Shown piece by piece: positions 33,327-42,937 of a DNA stretch of 64,000 nucleotides. The stretch is from a virus (Duplodnaviria; Caudoviricetes): the IMG/VR virus record IMGVR_UViG_3300027759_000044. One strand, written 5' to 3'. Within the stretch, counting starts at the first letter, position 1; the number at the start of each line of letters is the position of its first letter. Both the position numbers and the translations under genes were made by a program. Below the pieces are notes generated by a model. The model saw nothing but the letters and a program-made list of their open reading frames with translations, ran no database searches and was not told the origin of the DNA.

Positions 33327-33705
33327 TATATCTCTTTCTATAATCTTCTACTGCGGCTTTGATGGCGTCTTCGGCAAGGATACTACAGTGGATTTTAACT
33401 GGGGGGAGGCTGAGTTCGTCGGCAATATGGGAGTTTTTAATGGATGTTGCTTCATCCAATGTTTTACCCTTGACCCAGTCTGTGACAAGGCTTGAAGAAG
33501 CAATTGCCGACCCACACCCATATGTTTTAAATTTGGCATCTGTTATTATTCCTGTTTCTTTATTTACTTTTATTTGGAGCCGCATCACATCACCGCATGC
33601 CGGGGCACCTACCATACCTGTACCTATATCATCTTCATCTTTACTAAAACTTCCCACATTTCGTGGGTTTTCATAGTGGTCAATTACTTGTGCGCTATAA
33701 GCCAT
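33316..33705 (-). CDS. iscU: Fe-S cluster scaffold IscU
   Basis: DHYENPRNVG, GAPACGDVM, KTYGCGSAIASSS, PPVKIHCS. Confidence 0.96.
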   Translation of the reverse strand: MAYSAQVIDHYENPRNVGSFSKDEDDIGTGMVGAPACGDVMRLQIKVNKETGIITDAKFKTYGCGSAIASSSLVTDWVKGKTLDEATSIKNSHIADELSLPPVKIHCSILAEDAIKAAVEDYRKRYNGQ

Positions 33706-33708
33706 ATA

Positions 33709-33825
33709 TTAATCCTTTTTGAACATCGTCAAAATCTTTGTTTGAATGTTCTTTGCGAATTCAGGCTGTGGGAAATTCCAACCAATAAAAGCACCCAGTG
33801 CTAACCAAAATAATGTTTCTAACAT
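33709..33825 (-). CDS. Small membrane protein (38 aa)
   Basis: Hand-translated MLETLFWLALGAFIGWNFPQP...; SD AAGGAG. Confidence 0.6.
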   Translation of the reverse strand: MLETLFWLALGAFIGWNFPQPEFAKNIQTKILTMFKKD

Positions 33826-33852
33826 GATATATACTCCTTGTATGTATTGTAT

Positions 33853-34428
33853 TTAGTATTCTTCTTTATCATCAATTACAATCCAGCCTAATTTTAACAA
33901 ATCTTCTCGTATCTCATCAGTTACACAACTTTCTGGGACAAACTTTTTACCTTGTATATATCCTTCTTGTTGTTCTTTTGTAAGTGCTTGATATTCATCA
34001 TCATCTAGTATCTTACTATCTTTAATACCACTACAGTACCAATCAATGTAGTCACCCTTCTCTTGCATATCAGCAATAATACCACCGGCATGTCTCCAAC
34101 TACAACTCCATTTTTTCTCAGTTAATATAGGCCATACATCATTTTTAGTAAAATCATTGTTACACATAGAAGCATAAAGATGTTGTGCGTATACATCATC
34201 AGCTTTAGTTTTATCTATAATCCATTGAGTACTACGTAAGTCATACTCCATATTATCTTTTTTCCACTCGTCAGTTTCTTCAAGTTCAAGCCGTTGTTGT
34301 TGCCATGACTTATATACTTGAATAGTTCCTTCTACATCTTCTGCCTTTGCAGTACCTAGCTCAACTTCTTCAACTAGTCTTTTAATTTGAAATGTGCCAC
34401 GATTTGGACTTTTACTTATCATCTTCAA
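33853..34428 (-). CDS. Conserved phage hypothetical protein
   Basis: 191 aa; LYASMCNN...CSWRHAGGIIAD. Confidence 0.75.
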   Translation of the reverse strand: MKMISKSPNRGTFQIKRLVEEVELGTAKAEDVEGTIQVYKSWQQQRLELEETDEWKKDNMEYDLRSTQWIIDKTKADDVYAQHLYASMCNNDFTKNDVWPILTEKKWSCSWRHAGGIIADMQEKGDYIDWYCSGIKDSKILDDDEYQALTKEQQEGYIQGKKFVPESCVTDEIREDLLKLGWIVIDDKEEY

Positions 34429-34888
34429 CCTCTATCCAAGTATGATCGCCTAACCATTTAACTTTACATATATATTCGTAATCAATCGGCTTACCGGTTG
34501 ACCAATCATTAGGTCCGTTAATACTCAATCTTGTAATCTGTTTACGTGTGTCAAACAATAACCAATAGATGTTACCATTCGATAATTGAAAATCATACTT
34601 TGCGGCATGTACCATATCAGTCAAATCAAGTCTATGCTTAATCTGTTCTGCTTGCTTCTGTAATACTTCAACTAGTTCCATGATTCTGTCATATTCTTGC
34701 TTGGCATGCAACCTTGCAACATTTAACATAATGTCTTTATGCTTCTCTACTGGTACTAAATCAAATTTAGGTCCTGAACTTTCTGTAGCGTAGGGTGTTA
34801 CATTACGATTAAAGAAATGAATCAACGATCCGGAACTAGTAGAATCATAACTACTGACGCCATTAGCTGAATTAGGTTTGTCGCTCAT
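34412..34888 (-). CDS. DUF2452-like protein
   Basis: NVTPYAT...GPKF; W-rich C-terminus. Confidence 0.6.
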   Translation of the reverse strand: MSDKPNSANGVSSYDSTSSGSLIHFFNRNVTPYATESSGPKFDLVPVEKHKDIMLNVARLHAKQEYDRIMELVEVLQKQAEQIKHRLDLTDMVHAAKYDFQLSNGNIYWLLFDTRKQITRLSINGPNDWSTGKPIDYEYICKVKWLGDHTWIEVEDDK

Positions 34889-34894
34889 TAGCTA

Positions 34895-35488
34895 TTATAT
34901 ATCATTTTCTGATTTAACTGTAGGCTTTTGGGTAGGCTTTTTAGCCTTACTATAGAATATATGATTGCCAATTTTGGCTACTTGTTTATACGGCCACAAT
35001 GGATCTACACTTAAATTATGAAAAAATAATGCTGATCTGGGAATTACATCCTTGTATTCATCGTATGCTAATACATTATAGGCTACTTGTTCTGCTTGTT
35101 TATATTTTGTACTGTTTTTATTAGGATCATTTTTACCCTCACATACCCAACTAAACTGGCATAGTTTAACTTTCTGTACTTCATCATCTACTAGTTTATC
35201 TACCTGAGATGTTTGATATATTACAGCACATGGGTTATTACCAAAACCATGTGCGATTCTATTCATTACTACACGTGCCACTGCCGCTTGCCCATTCAAT
35301 GATTCACTGCCTGCTTCATAGAATATGTTTTTTGCTAAACAGTTTAATTGTTTTGGATCCACTATTTTTGCTACTTTAATTTCTTCAACAATTGTATTAT
35401 TTTCTACAGGTATTATTGGCCCAAAAGTAAGAACTAGAGTGACAAATATAATTGCTATTACAATTTTAATAGGTTGGCTTAAATTCAT
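34895..35488 (-). CDS. SleB-like cell wall hydrolase
   Basis: CLAKNIFYEAGSES...AVARVVMNR...CQFSW...IGNHIFY; N-terminal TM anchor. Confidence 0.92.
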   Translation of the reverse strand: MNLSQPIKIVIAIIFVTLVLTFGPIIPVENNTIVEEIKVAKIVDPKQLNCLAKNIFYEAGSESLNGQAAVARVVMNRIAHGFGNNPCAVIYQTSQVDKLVDDEVQKVKLCQFSWVCEGKNDPNKNSTKYKQAEQVAYNVLAYDEYKDVIPRSALFFHNLSVDPLWPYKQVAKIGNHIFYSKAKKPTQKPTVKSENDI

Positions 35489-35523
35489 AATTTATCCTTT
35501 CTGCTTATTAAACGGTGAGGGAT

Positions 35524-37104
35524 TTAAATATTATCCCAACAATCACAATTGCAACGAATTACTTCGTCTATTGCTTCTTGTACAGAATAAGTTGCAGGTA
35601 ATAAAATGTCAGATGCATATATTACCGATAATTGAGGTGGTATTAAATTACTATACCTTGAACCAGCAAAACTTCCTGGCTCAACTGCTTCACCTACATC
35701 TATTGCCTGACCGTCACTATAATAACGTTCATCAGTTGGATTATAATATCCAGCTGGGATTGGTGATCCAATCTCAGTTGCTAATGTTGCTGGAATACTA
35801 CCACCCAATGTTCCATTAGCAATTAACTCTGATTCTTGTTGTTTAGTTAATTTGTTATCTATGTTGTTATCTACTGGTATACCTGCTTCTTGTAATCTAG
35901 CCTGATTGCGAGATTCACGTAACATTGCCACAAGACTTTGCCCTCCCGCAGTATTATAATCAGCGATAGCTTCCAGTGTCTGTGAATACATATGCGGTTG
36001 TGTAAATGTAGCATAACGTGGTATAGTATCTACAAACGCATATTGTGTTGTAGGGTATGACGCTATTGTTGGTTCTCTTAAATTGTCCGGAGAACTATTA
36101 GGTACTCTAATTGGCAAACCAGTAACAATTGCACGTTGTTCTGTTGATAATATTTTACCAGTCAATTCCCAATTAGTAATTAACTGTTGTGCAGTTGCCG
36201 GTTTAGTATTTTTAATTGATAATATTTCAGCATTGGCAGCATCAATATAATCTTGAACAATACTATTAGAGAAACTTGAGCCACCCGGGGGATATGCTAT
36301 TGATATTGTAGGGACGGACCCTGATGTGCCTGGAGTAAAATTCAATGTGGTAACTCTACCAAAATTTGTAATGTCAGTGTCATCAGTTCCGATAGTGGCA
36401 GTAACAGTAGCACCATTAACTGTAACTACAGGAGCGGCTGCTCCTTCACGTCCATATCCACCGCCCGGGTCAGTAAGTGTTACTCCTGTTGTAGTATATG
36501 TGCTTATACCATCATATGTATATTGAATTGTAGCAGTTGCACGTTCCCATGTTACTGCCAAATATAATTGCTTATAAATGTTAAGTAATGTAGTTGTTTG
36601 TAAATTCTTTGTTAATCCATCAATATCTATACCAAGATAAGGTAATCCACTCATACATCCTAAGAAATTACTCATGGTATACGTGCCATATGGGCCATTA
36701 CCTAATGCAATTAATGCTAGTCCTTGACTTGCTAATGTAGTATCAGTTGGAACACTGGTACCACTGACACTCAAATTTTTAGTTGTTTCTAAACTATTAA
36801 CTACTTGTGCAAACTTTTCAATTGGTATACTTGATATGTTTTTAATCTGTTGAATTGACGCACTAAAACAACCGGCAGCTTTGGCAATATCAGGTGGTAG
36901 TATACCATCTAAGTATGAACCAAACCCTTGCGGAATAGCTTGTATTGCTAATGTATTAGATTGTGTACCTTCAGGTGTAATTTGTTCTGTGCTAGATTGG
37001 GGAACATTTGTACTAGGGGCAGTAGTTTCATATGCATTGCTAGCAGGACCATCCATATCATTACGCTCTGATACTAATCTATTATTTTGAAAAAAACCAG
37101 CCAT
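35524..37104 (-). CDS. Probable baseplate/tail structural protein
   Basis: 526 aa next to PAAR gene; LTDPGGGY repeat-like motif. Confidence 0.5.
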   Translation of the reverse strand: MAGFFQNNRLVSERNDMDGPASNAYETTAPSTNVPQSSTEQITPEGTQSNTLAIQAIPQGFGSYLDGILPPDIAKAAGCFSASIQQIKNISSIPIEKFAQVVNSLETTKNLSVSGTSVPTDTTLASQGLALIALGNGPYGTYTMSNFLGCMSGLPYLGIDIDGLTKNLQTTTLLNIYKQLYLAVTWERATATIQYTYDGISTYTTTGVTLTDPGGGYGREGAAAPVVTVNGATVTATIGTDDTDITNFGRVTTLNFTPGTSGSVPTISIAYPPGGSSFSNSIVQDYIDAANAEILSIKNTKPATAQQLITNWELTGKILSTEQRAIVTGLPIRVPNSSPDNLREPTIASYPTTQYAFVDTIPRYATFTQPHMYSQTLEAIADYNTAGGQSLVAMLRESRNQARLQEAGIPVDNNIDNKLTKQQESELIANGTLGGSIPATLATEIGSPIPAGYYNPTDERYYSDGQAIDVGEAVEPGSFAGSRYSNLIPPQLSVIYASDILLPATYSVQEAIDEVIRCNCDCWDNI

Positions 37105-38210
37105 TATGTTACTACTCCATTTTGTTGGATTGCTGTAGGTGATCTTAGTTGACTGTTTAATCCATCATTTACATAGATAGGATAATATATTTTGCTATTA
37201 GCCGGTCCACCAACTGTATTGTATATTGGAACTGTTAATGTTGTATAACTATTAGGAAATAACTTTATTGGATTCAATAAATCAGCTAATGATTCTAATC
37301 CCACGGTCTTACAATTTAATGATACTAATACATCTTTTAAATCTTGTCCTAATATAATACCAAACGCGCCGTATATCTTACGTTCTTGTTCTTTTGTCAC
37401 TGCTGATATATTTCCCAGCATCTGTTCTAACTCGGTTACATTTATATTACTAGCAATCAAAGCAAGACTTACTGATTTAGTAATAGCATTATTTTTTTGT
37501 AGTGTGGATAATAAATTACTAGGCAACCCAAATGTAGCAATAGTTTGTAAATTTATTGCTTTACCACTAGCAATTAAATCTTGCCCAAATACAGTAGTTG
37601 CTACACTTACACCAGTAATATCACCTGTTATTAAATCGTTCATATTACTATATGTACCATCTAAGAATTCTTGTGAATTGTTTACTGCTAATATAGCATC
37701 ATTACTAGATTCAATAAAACTATAAGATGACATAAAGCCGGATAAGAAATCTTTATATGCACCGCTATCTGCTGATAGTCCACTATTATAATTAAATTCG
37801 TTATAACCTTGCAAAGCAAACAATCTCACATAACCCCAACGTGTTACTTCATTTGTATATGTATAGTTGCTTGCCCAATTAGGATAACCAGTCCAGTTAA
37901 ATGTTGATGGTGGACTATTGCCTAACGCAGGAATACTTGTAGAACCTATAGATATTAAATTATTATAGGTTGTACTATTAATATTAGTAGCCCATCCAGG
38001 AGCTCCTCTAGCATAAGCATCATTGATAGCATATGTAAGTAATCTTAAACAAGTATCATTAACAATCTTACCTAATTGAGTAGCAGATGACGCACTGGTA
38101 CTAGAACCAGTAAAGTCTATCATAATAGGGTTAATATTAAATCCAATATTTTGTAATAATGAACTTAATGTGTTAACACCTAATGGACTTTGTTTACCTG
38201 TATCGCTCAT
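37104..38210 (-). CDS. Probable baseplate/tail structural protein
   Basis: 368 aa, coupled to PAAR gene. Confidence 0.5.
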   Translation of the reverse strand: MSDTGKQSPLGVNTLSSLLQNIGFNINPIMIDFTGSSTSASSATQLGKIVNDTCLRLLTYAINDAYARGAPGWATNINSTTYNNLISIGSTSIPALGNSPPSTFNWTGYPNWASNYTYTNEVTRWGYVRLFALQGYNEFNYNSGLSADSGAYKDFLSGFMSSYSFIESSNDAILAVNNSQEFLDGTYSNMNDLITGDITGVSVATTVFGQDLIASGKAINLQTIATFGLPSNLLSTLQKNNAITKSVSLALIASNINVTELEQMLGNISAVTKEQERKIYGAFGIILGQDLKDVLVSLNCKTVGLESLADLLNPIKLFPNSYTTLTVPIYNTVGGPANSKIYYPIYVNDGLNSQLRSPTAIQQNGVVT

Positions 38211-38491
38211 GGAACAAACACATCAGGACTACCTTGTACGATACTATGACCGCAAGTGTTTCCTGATCCTACTCTAAGTACTGGTGCACCTTCACAAAAT
38301 ACAGTAGGACTACCTTCAGTAGTTGATGCGTTTTTGTGCGGTGGATGAGGTTTTCTAGCCCAAGGAGCGTGTGGGGTAATCTGACTAACATGTAATCCAA
38401 CTTGAATTCCATTCGCAAATACAGTACTAGCACCACGCATTATTGCGCCGCCTTCCTGATTTGTATCACCCACACGACTTAGTTTTGCCAT
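38207..38491 (-). CDS. PAAR-like spike tip protein (T4 gp5.4-like)
   Basis: SRVGD...GASTVFANG...H...H...VLRVGSGNTCGH. Confidence 0.88.
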   Translation of the reverse strand: MAKLSRVGDTNQEGGAIMRGASTVFANGIQVGLHVSQITPHAPWARKPHPPHKNASTTEGSPTVFCEGAPVLRVGSGNTCGHSIVQGSPDVFVP

Positions 38492-38492
38492 T

Positions 38493-38798
38493 TTATCCCA
38501 ATACGATTTTTTTACTAGGTACCTTAATGCCAGTTGTTGCTTCTAGGTACTTATCTTTTATGTTGTCATCTGTCTCTGCATACATTGCAACACTAGTAGT
38601 ATTTAGTCTATATTCGCCCTTCGGATCTGCGGTAAAGATACTTGGAATCATTTGCATACCTTGTTGACTTGGTGCAATAGATACCGGTTCTTCAATCTGA
38701 ATAAACTCACTACCAGCTTGAATTACTTTAGCAATAAGTTCTTCTCCTGAGTTAAGTTTAAATGTGTATACAGTGTTTGGTTGTATTGATATTTGCAT
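38493..38798 (-). CDS. Conserved phage protein (Sm-like fold)
   Basis: YTFKLNSGEELIAK N-terminus. Confidence 0.65.
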   Translation of the reverse strand: MQISIQPNTVYTFKLNSGEELIAKVIQAGSEFIQIEEPVSIAPSQQGMQMIPSIFTADPKGEYRLNTTSVAMYAETDDNIKDKYLEATTGIKVPSKKIVLG

Positions 38799-39028
38799 TA
38801 CGCTGCCTTTGTTAAAAATTGTTTAAGTTCGTTAAATCCACCGATCAATTCACCATCAATGATAATTTGTGGTACTGTTCGTGCTGATGGAATTGCTTCT
38901 AATAGTTCTTCTTTAGTGTACCCGTCTCCGATTTTCTTTTCTTCAAACGGGATTTCTCGTTGACCCAACAATGCTTTTGCTTGGTCACAATAGGGACAGT
39001 GATATTTACTCCATACGATTGCTTTCAT
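38798..39028 (-). CDS. grxC: Glutaredoxin
   Basis: CPYC, TVPQI, IGGF. Confidence 0.92.
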   Translation of the reverse strand: MKAIVWSKYHCPYCDQAKALLGQREIPFEEKKIGDGYTKEELLEAIPSARTVPQIIIDGELIGGFNELKQFLTKAA

Positions 39029-39039
39029 TATTATTCTCC

Positions 39040-40140
39040 TTAAATATTTGGTAAGTCATCATAATCCAGTGACTCTGACATAATTCCTATTACATAGTTT
39101 GTGCTTTCCGTTTCTTGAAGTGCGGACTGCTTCTTACTCGTATCACTATGTTTATTAAACCATGGAATAGGTGTGCTTTTTGGGGCAGGACTATTATATT
39201 TAATACCAATCTCTTTCAATGCTCCTACAGCAGTATAATCAACAAAGTCTTTTAATACAGTTGAATTCAATCCAATAACTGGACCAAACTTAAATAAGTA
39301 ATCAGCCCACTCTTTTTCTTCACGTATAACATCCATATAAAGCTGATAGACTTCACCTTCACATTCTGATTTAACTTGTGCAAAACGGCTGTCTTCTTTA
39401 ACTACTTGATTAATAAGGTAAGCAGTCCACCCTTTATGGAGAAGTTCATCTTGGAGAATTAAACTGATAATATTGCCATTACCAATAAAGATTTTGTTCT
39501 CAACCATTGCTAACGATGTAGCAAATGATACCATAAATCGGAATGCTTCCAATGCGTAACTAGCATGTAGTGCCAGATAAATTGCTTTAATATGTTCTTT
39601 TTCATTAACATCTTCACCCAATTCTTTACGACAATTAACTTTGTGTAATGCATCATAGTAGTTACCTACACTACTTGCCATATCTACAATCTCTTTTGTA
39701 TCGTGGATAGTATTGAATACATCTTTAGGCACATTATAAATGTTACGAATGATGTGGCTGTAACTACGACTGTGAATGTTGGTTTCAAAGAATGTCCAGT
39801 TGTAAATCAATGCTTCTAATTCAGGTAACGATACTACTGGAGTGAATACTTGACTTGGTGCTCGTCCTTGTAAACTGTCTAATGCTGTTTGTCTTAGTAA
39901 GTTACTAGTAAAGATATGTTTTACTGTATCGCTTGAGTCTTTGAAATCATTGGCATCTTTAGTTAATGAAATTTCTTCTGGGACCCAGAAGAAGCCACGC
40001 GCCGTTGTTTCAAAGTCGGCAATCTTTTTATACTTAACCTCTTCAAATCTTTGAATGGTTACGGGACCTTCCGGGTCCAAAAACATTTTTCTGTTCAAAT
40101 AATCTGTCTTAGTGTTTAAGTTGTATTGTTGTTTACTCAT
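39040..40140 (-). CDS. nrdB: Ribonucleotide reductase class Ia beta subunit
   Basis: FFWVPEEI, ETNIHSRSY, LEAFRF, QDELLH iron/tyrosyl motifs. Confidence 0.97.
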   Translation of the reverse strand: MSKQQYNLNTKTDYLNRKMFLDPEGPVTIQRFEEVKYKKIADFETTARGFFWVPEEISLTKDANDFKDSSDTVKHIFTSNLLRQTALDSLQGRAPSQVFTPVVSLPELEALIYNWTFFETNIHSRSYSHIIRNIYNVPKDVFNTIHDTKEIVDMASSVGNYYDALHKVNCRKELGEDVNEKEHIKAIYLALHASYALEAFRFMVSFATSLAMVENKIFIGNGNIISLILQDELLHKGWTAYLINQVVKEDSRFAQVKSECEGEVYQLYMDVIREEKEWADYLFKFGPVIGLNSTVLKDFVDYTAVGALKEIGIKYNSPAPKSTPIPWFNKHSDTSKKQSALQETESTNYVIGIMSESLDYDDLPNI

Positions 40141-42455
40141 AATTTACATGCTTCGCAATCTTCTTCATCCATATCATTAAAGCCACTTGGCAAATCTAAT
40201 ACAGTTTCATCTTGGCTCTTACTACCTGCTTTATTAATCAAGCTATAGTAGAATGTCTTTAATCCCCACATATGTGCCTGCATCAAGTTCTTAGCAATCA
40301 ATGTTGTTGGAACTTTACGCTCAGGGAAATGTGCTGGGTTATAGAAAGTATTAGTGCTTATGCTTTGGTCAACGTAGGCTGCAATCACTGCCGCTGTCTT
40401 TAAGTAACCATCACAATCTTTTTGATCCCACATCAATTGATATTTGTTTTTCAATCTATGGTATTCGGGTACAACTTGTACAAAACTACCTGCTTTACTT
40501 TCTTTAACTGATATCAAACTCATTGGCATTTCAATACCATTTGTACTGTTGATAACTACTGAACTAGATTCTACAGGAGCTACAGCCATTTGTGTAGCAT
40601 TACGGACACCATGACTACGCATCATAGCACGTAGTCCTTCCCAGTTTAATTCGGGAGTAAAGTTAGCTAATTCGTTAACACCTTTAGCACGTAACTCCCA
40701 GGGGAAAATGCCTTGACCATAACGTGTCTTGTCACTATGTTCACATCTTCCACGTTCTTGTGCTAGTTCTACACTTGCTTCAGTTAAGTAGAAGGATAAG
40801 TGTTCCATCCACGTCTTGACTTCAGCCAGGGCGTCTTTTTCTCCGTACTTGAAACTTCGTTTGGCGTGCCAGTAGGCAAGATTAGTGATTCCAATTCCGA
40901 GAGGTCTGATTTCATCGTTTGATAGTTTAGACTGAATGGATAGAAAGTCTTGATAGTCAAGAATGTTATTGAGGCTACGATGCAATATGCGACAAGCACG
41001 GCGCATGTCTTCTGGATTACGGAACGCACCCCAATTGATACTGCCCAATGTGCAAAGAGCGATACGACCATCGCTGTCATCCAGACGTTTAAAGGATTTA
41101 GTAGGTAAAAGAATTTCACAACATAAGTTACTCTGGTAAATTGTATGATATTCAGGATCAAATGGTCCTTGATTCATAACATTGTCAACGAACACTAGGT
41201 AGATACGACCTGTATCTGTTCGTTCTTTTAATATGCCAGACTTGAATACTTCTTCAGCCGACATTGTTTTCTTACGTAAGTCTTTACGTTTTTCATATTT
41301 TACGTAGAGTTCTTCAAACAGGGCGGTGTTTCTGTAGAACGCTTCGTACAAATCAGGCACTTCATTTGGGTCGAAAAAGGTGATCTGCTCTTTATTTTTG
41401 AAACGTCTCCAGAAGAAAGCGGACAAGACAACCCCGTAGTCCATGAAACGAACACGAGTTTCGTCAGTACCTTGATTGTTTTTAAGTACAATAAGATCAT
41501 CAAACTGATGATGCCAAATTGGATAGAATACTGTAGCACTAGCATTACGGATACCTCCCTGTGAGCAACTTCTTAAATCACCGAACCATTTCTTTAAGAA
41601 CGGAATCATGCCGGTGTGCATAATCTCGCCACCACGAATAGGACTACCTAACGGGCGTAATCTGCCTATCTCTAATCCAATGCCAGCACGTTTACTAGCA
41701 TACTTTGCCATCATTTCACCAGAAGCGAAAATACTATCCAAGTCATCATCACTGCGAATAAGTACGCACGAACTGAATTGTTTAGTAGGGGTACCGAGAC
41801 CAGCAAGGACAGGGGTAGCAAGAGTAAATAATCCATCACTTGCGGCATTGTAGTATTCCTTTATATAACGCATTCTAGCGTTGTTGGGTTCTTCACTATG
41901 AAATACAGTAGCTGCCGCTATCATATAGCGAACTTGTGGTGTTTCATACGTTTGTTTAGTAGAACGATTCTTTACTAAATATTTTTCAATCAGTTGTTCA
42001 ATGGCGGCATAACTGTATTGTTCGTCCTTAGAATGGTCAAGCATGTCATCCATCTTGTTCCAATCTTCTTCACTATACCATTCTAGTAGTTCTGGTGTAT
42101 ATAATCCTGTAGCAACATTAGTTACTACGATATCGTACAGACGGGGAGGCTCATAGTTGCCATAAACATCTTTACGTAGCATTGATAGACGTTGTTTACC
42201 TGCTACATATTGATAGTTTGTATGTCCTACATCTGGATTATTTTCTACGTCAATTAAGTCTACAACCGCACGTAATGTAATTTCATCTATTTGATGTGTA
42301 GTGATACCATCATAGAAGTGAAGTTGTGATTTTATTTCTACCATAGAAGGGCTAACATCAGCTATCCCTACACATATTTTTGCCACTTGCGCTTGCCATT
42401 TTTCTAACATTAATGGCTCTTTTGTCCCATTTCTCTTAGTGACGTATATTTTCAT
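40137..42455 (-). CDS. nrdA: Ribonucleotide reductase class Ia alpha subunit with ATP cone
   Basis: VTKRNG ATP cone, SSCVL, QSNLCCEI, KTFYY, C-terminal CxxC. Confidence 0.97.
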   Translation of the reverse strand: MKIYVTKRNGTKEPLMLEKWQAQVAKICVGIADVSPSMVEIKSQLHFYDGITTHQIDEITLRAVVDLIDVENNPDVGHTNYQYVAGKQRLSMLRKDVYGNYEPPRLYDIVVTNVATGLYTPELLEWYSEEDWNKMDDMLDHSKDEQYSYAAIEQLIEKYLVKNRSTKQTYETPQVRYMIAAATVFHSEEPNNARMRYIKEYYNAASDGLFTLATPVLAGLGTPTKQFSSCVLIRSDDDLDSIFASGEMMAKYASKRAGIGLEIGRLRPLGSPIRGGEIMHTGMIPFLKKWFGDLRSCSQGGIRNASATVFYPIWHHQFDDLIVLKNNQGTDETRVRFMDYGVVLSAFFWRRFKNKEQITFFDPNEVPDLYEAFYRNTALFEELYVKYEKRKDLRKKTMSAEEVFKSGILKERTDTGRIYLVFVDNVMNQGPFDPEYHTIYQSNLCCEILLPTKSFKRLDDSDGRIALCTLGSINWGAFRNPEDMRRACRILHRSLNNILDYQDFLSIQSKLSNDEIRPLGIGITNLAYWHAKRSFKYGEKDALAEVKTWMEHLSFYLTEASVELAQERGRCEHSDKTRYGQGIFPWELRAKGVNELANFTPELNWEGLRAMMRSHGVRNATQMAVAPVESSSVVINSTNGIEMPMSLISVKESKAGSFVQVVPEYHRLKNKYQLMWDQKDCDGYLKTAAVIAAYVDQSISTNTFYNPAHFPERKVPTTLIAKNLMQAHMWGLKTFYYSLINKAGSKSQDETVLDLPSGFNDMDEEDCEACKL

Positions 42456-42458
42456 GTT

Positions 42459-42896
42459 TTACCTTATCTTATTATTAATTGTTGTTATATCTAGTTTACT
42501 TACTATTTTAAATTCTTGTAGATTATTACTTATCACCGTGTCTGGCCAATAATTAAGTATATATTTTGCGTTGTCTACCAAGACTAATGGTACTTCGTTG
42601 TCATCAATATCCTTAGCCAAAACGTATTCTATATCAATAATGTTCATTAACAGTAGAGTATAACACATTCCTAGACCTCTAGCAAGAGTACAATAGGTGT
42701 TTTCTACCAAAAGTTCCCAAGGACCGGGCCAATTGGGTAAATCAGATGGGTGTAGATAGTGATTGATTAATGGTGTTTGTTGCCACCATTTATCTATTTC
42801 CACACATTGTTGACTTAAATCAAGTGATTTGATTTGATTGCGTAAGTTGTACCAAGATTGTAATCTATTGTCGTAAGACGATTGAAATGTATTCAT
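42459..42896 (-). CDS. Conserved phage hypothetical protein
   Basis: 145 aa; WPGPWELL...C. Confidence 0.7.
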   Translation of the reverse strand: MNTFQSSYDNRLQSWYNLRNQIKSLDLSQQCVEIDKWWQQTPLINHYLHPSDLPNWPGPWELLVENTYCTLARGLGMCYTLLLMNIIDIEYVLAKDIDDNEVPLVLVDNAKYILNYWPDTVISNNLQEFKIVSKLDITTINNKIR

Positions 42897-42937
42897 TAGA
42901 TAACTACTTATCTAAATTAAAATATTGTTATAGATAT

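Noticed and set aside
39040-42455. Intron or intein in nrdA/nrdB
   Set aside because: Both are continuous ORFs of normal length with contiguous motifs.
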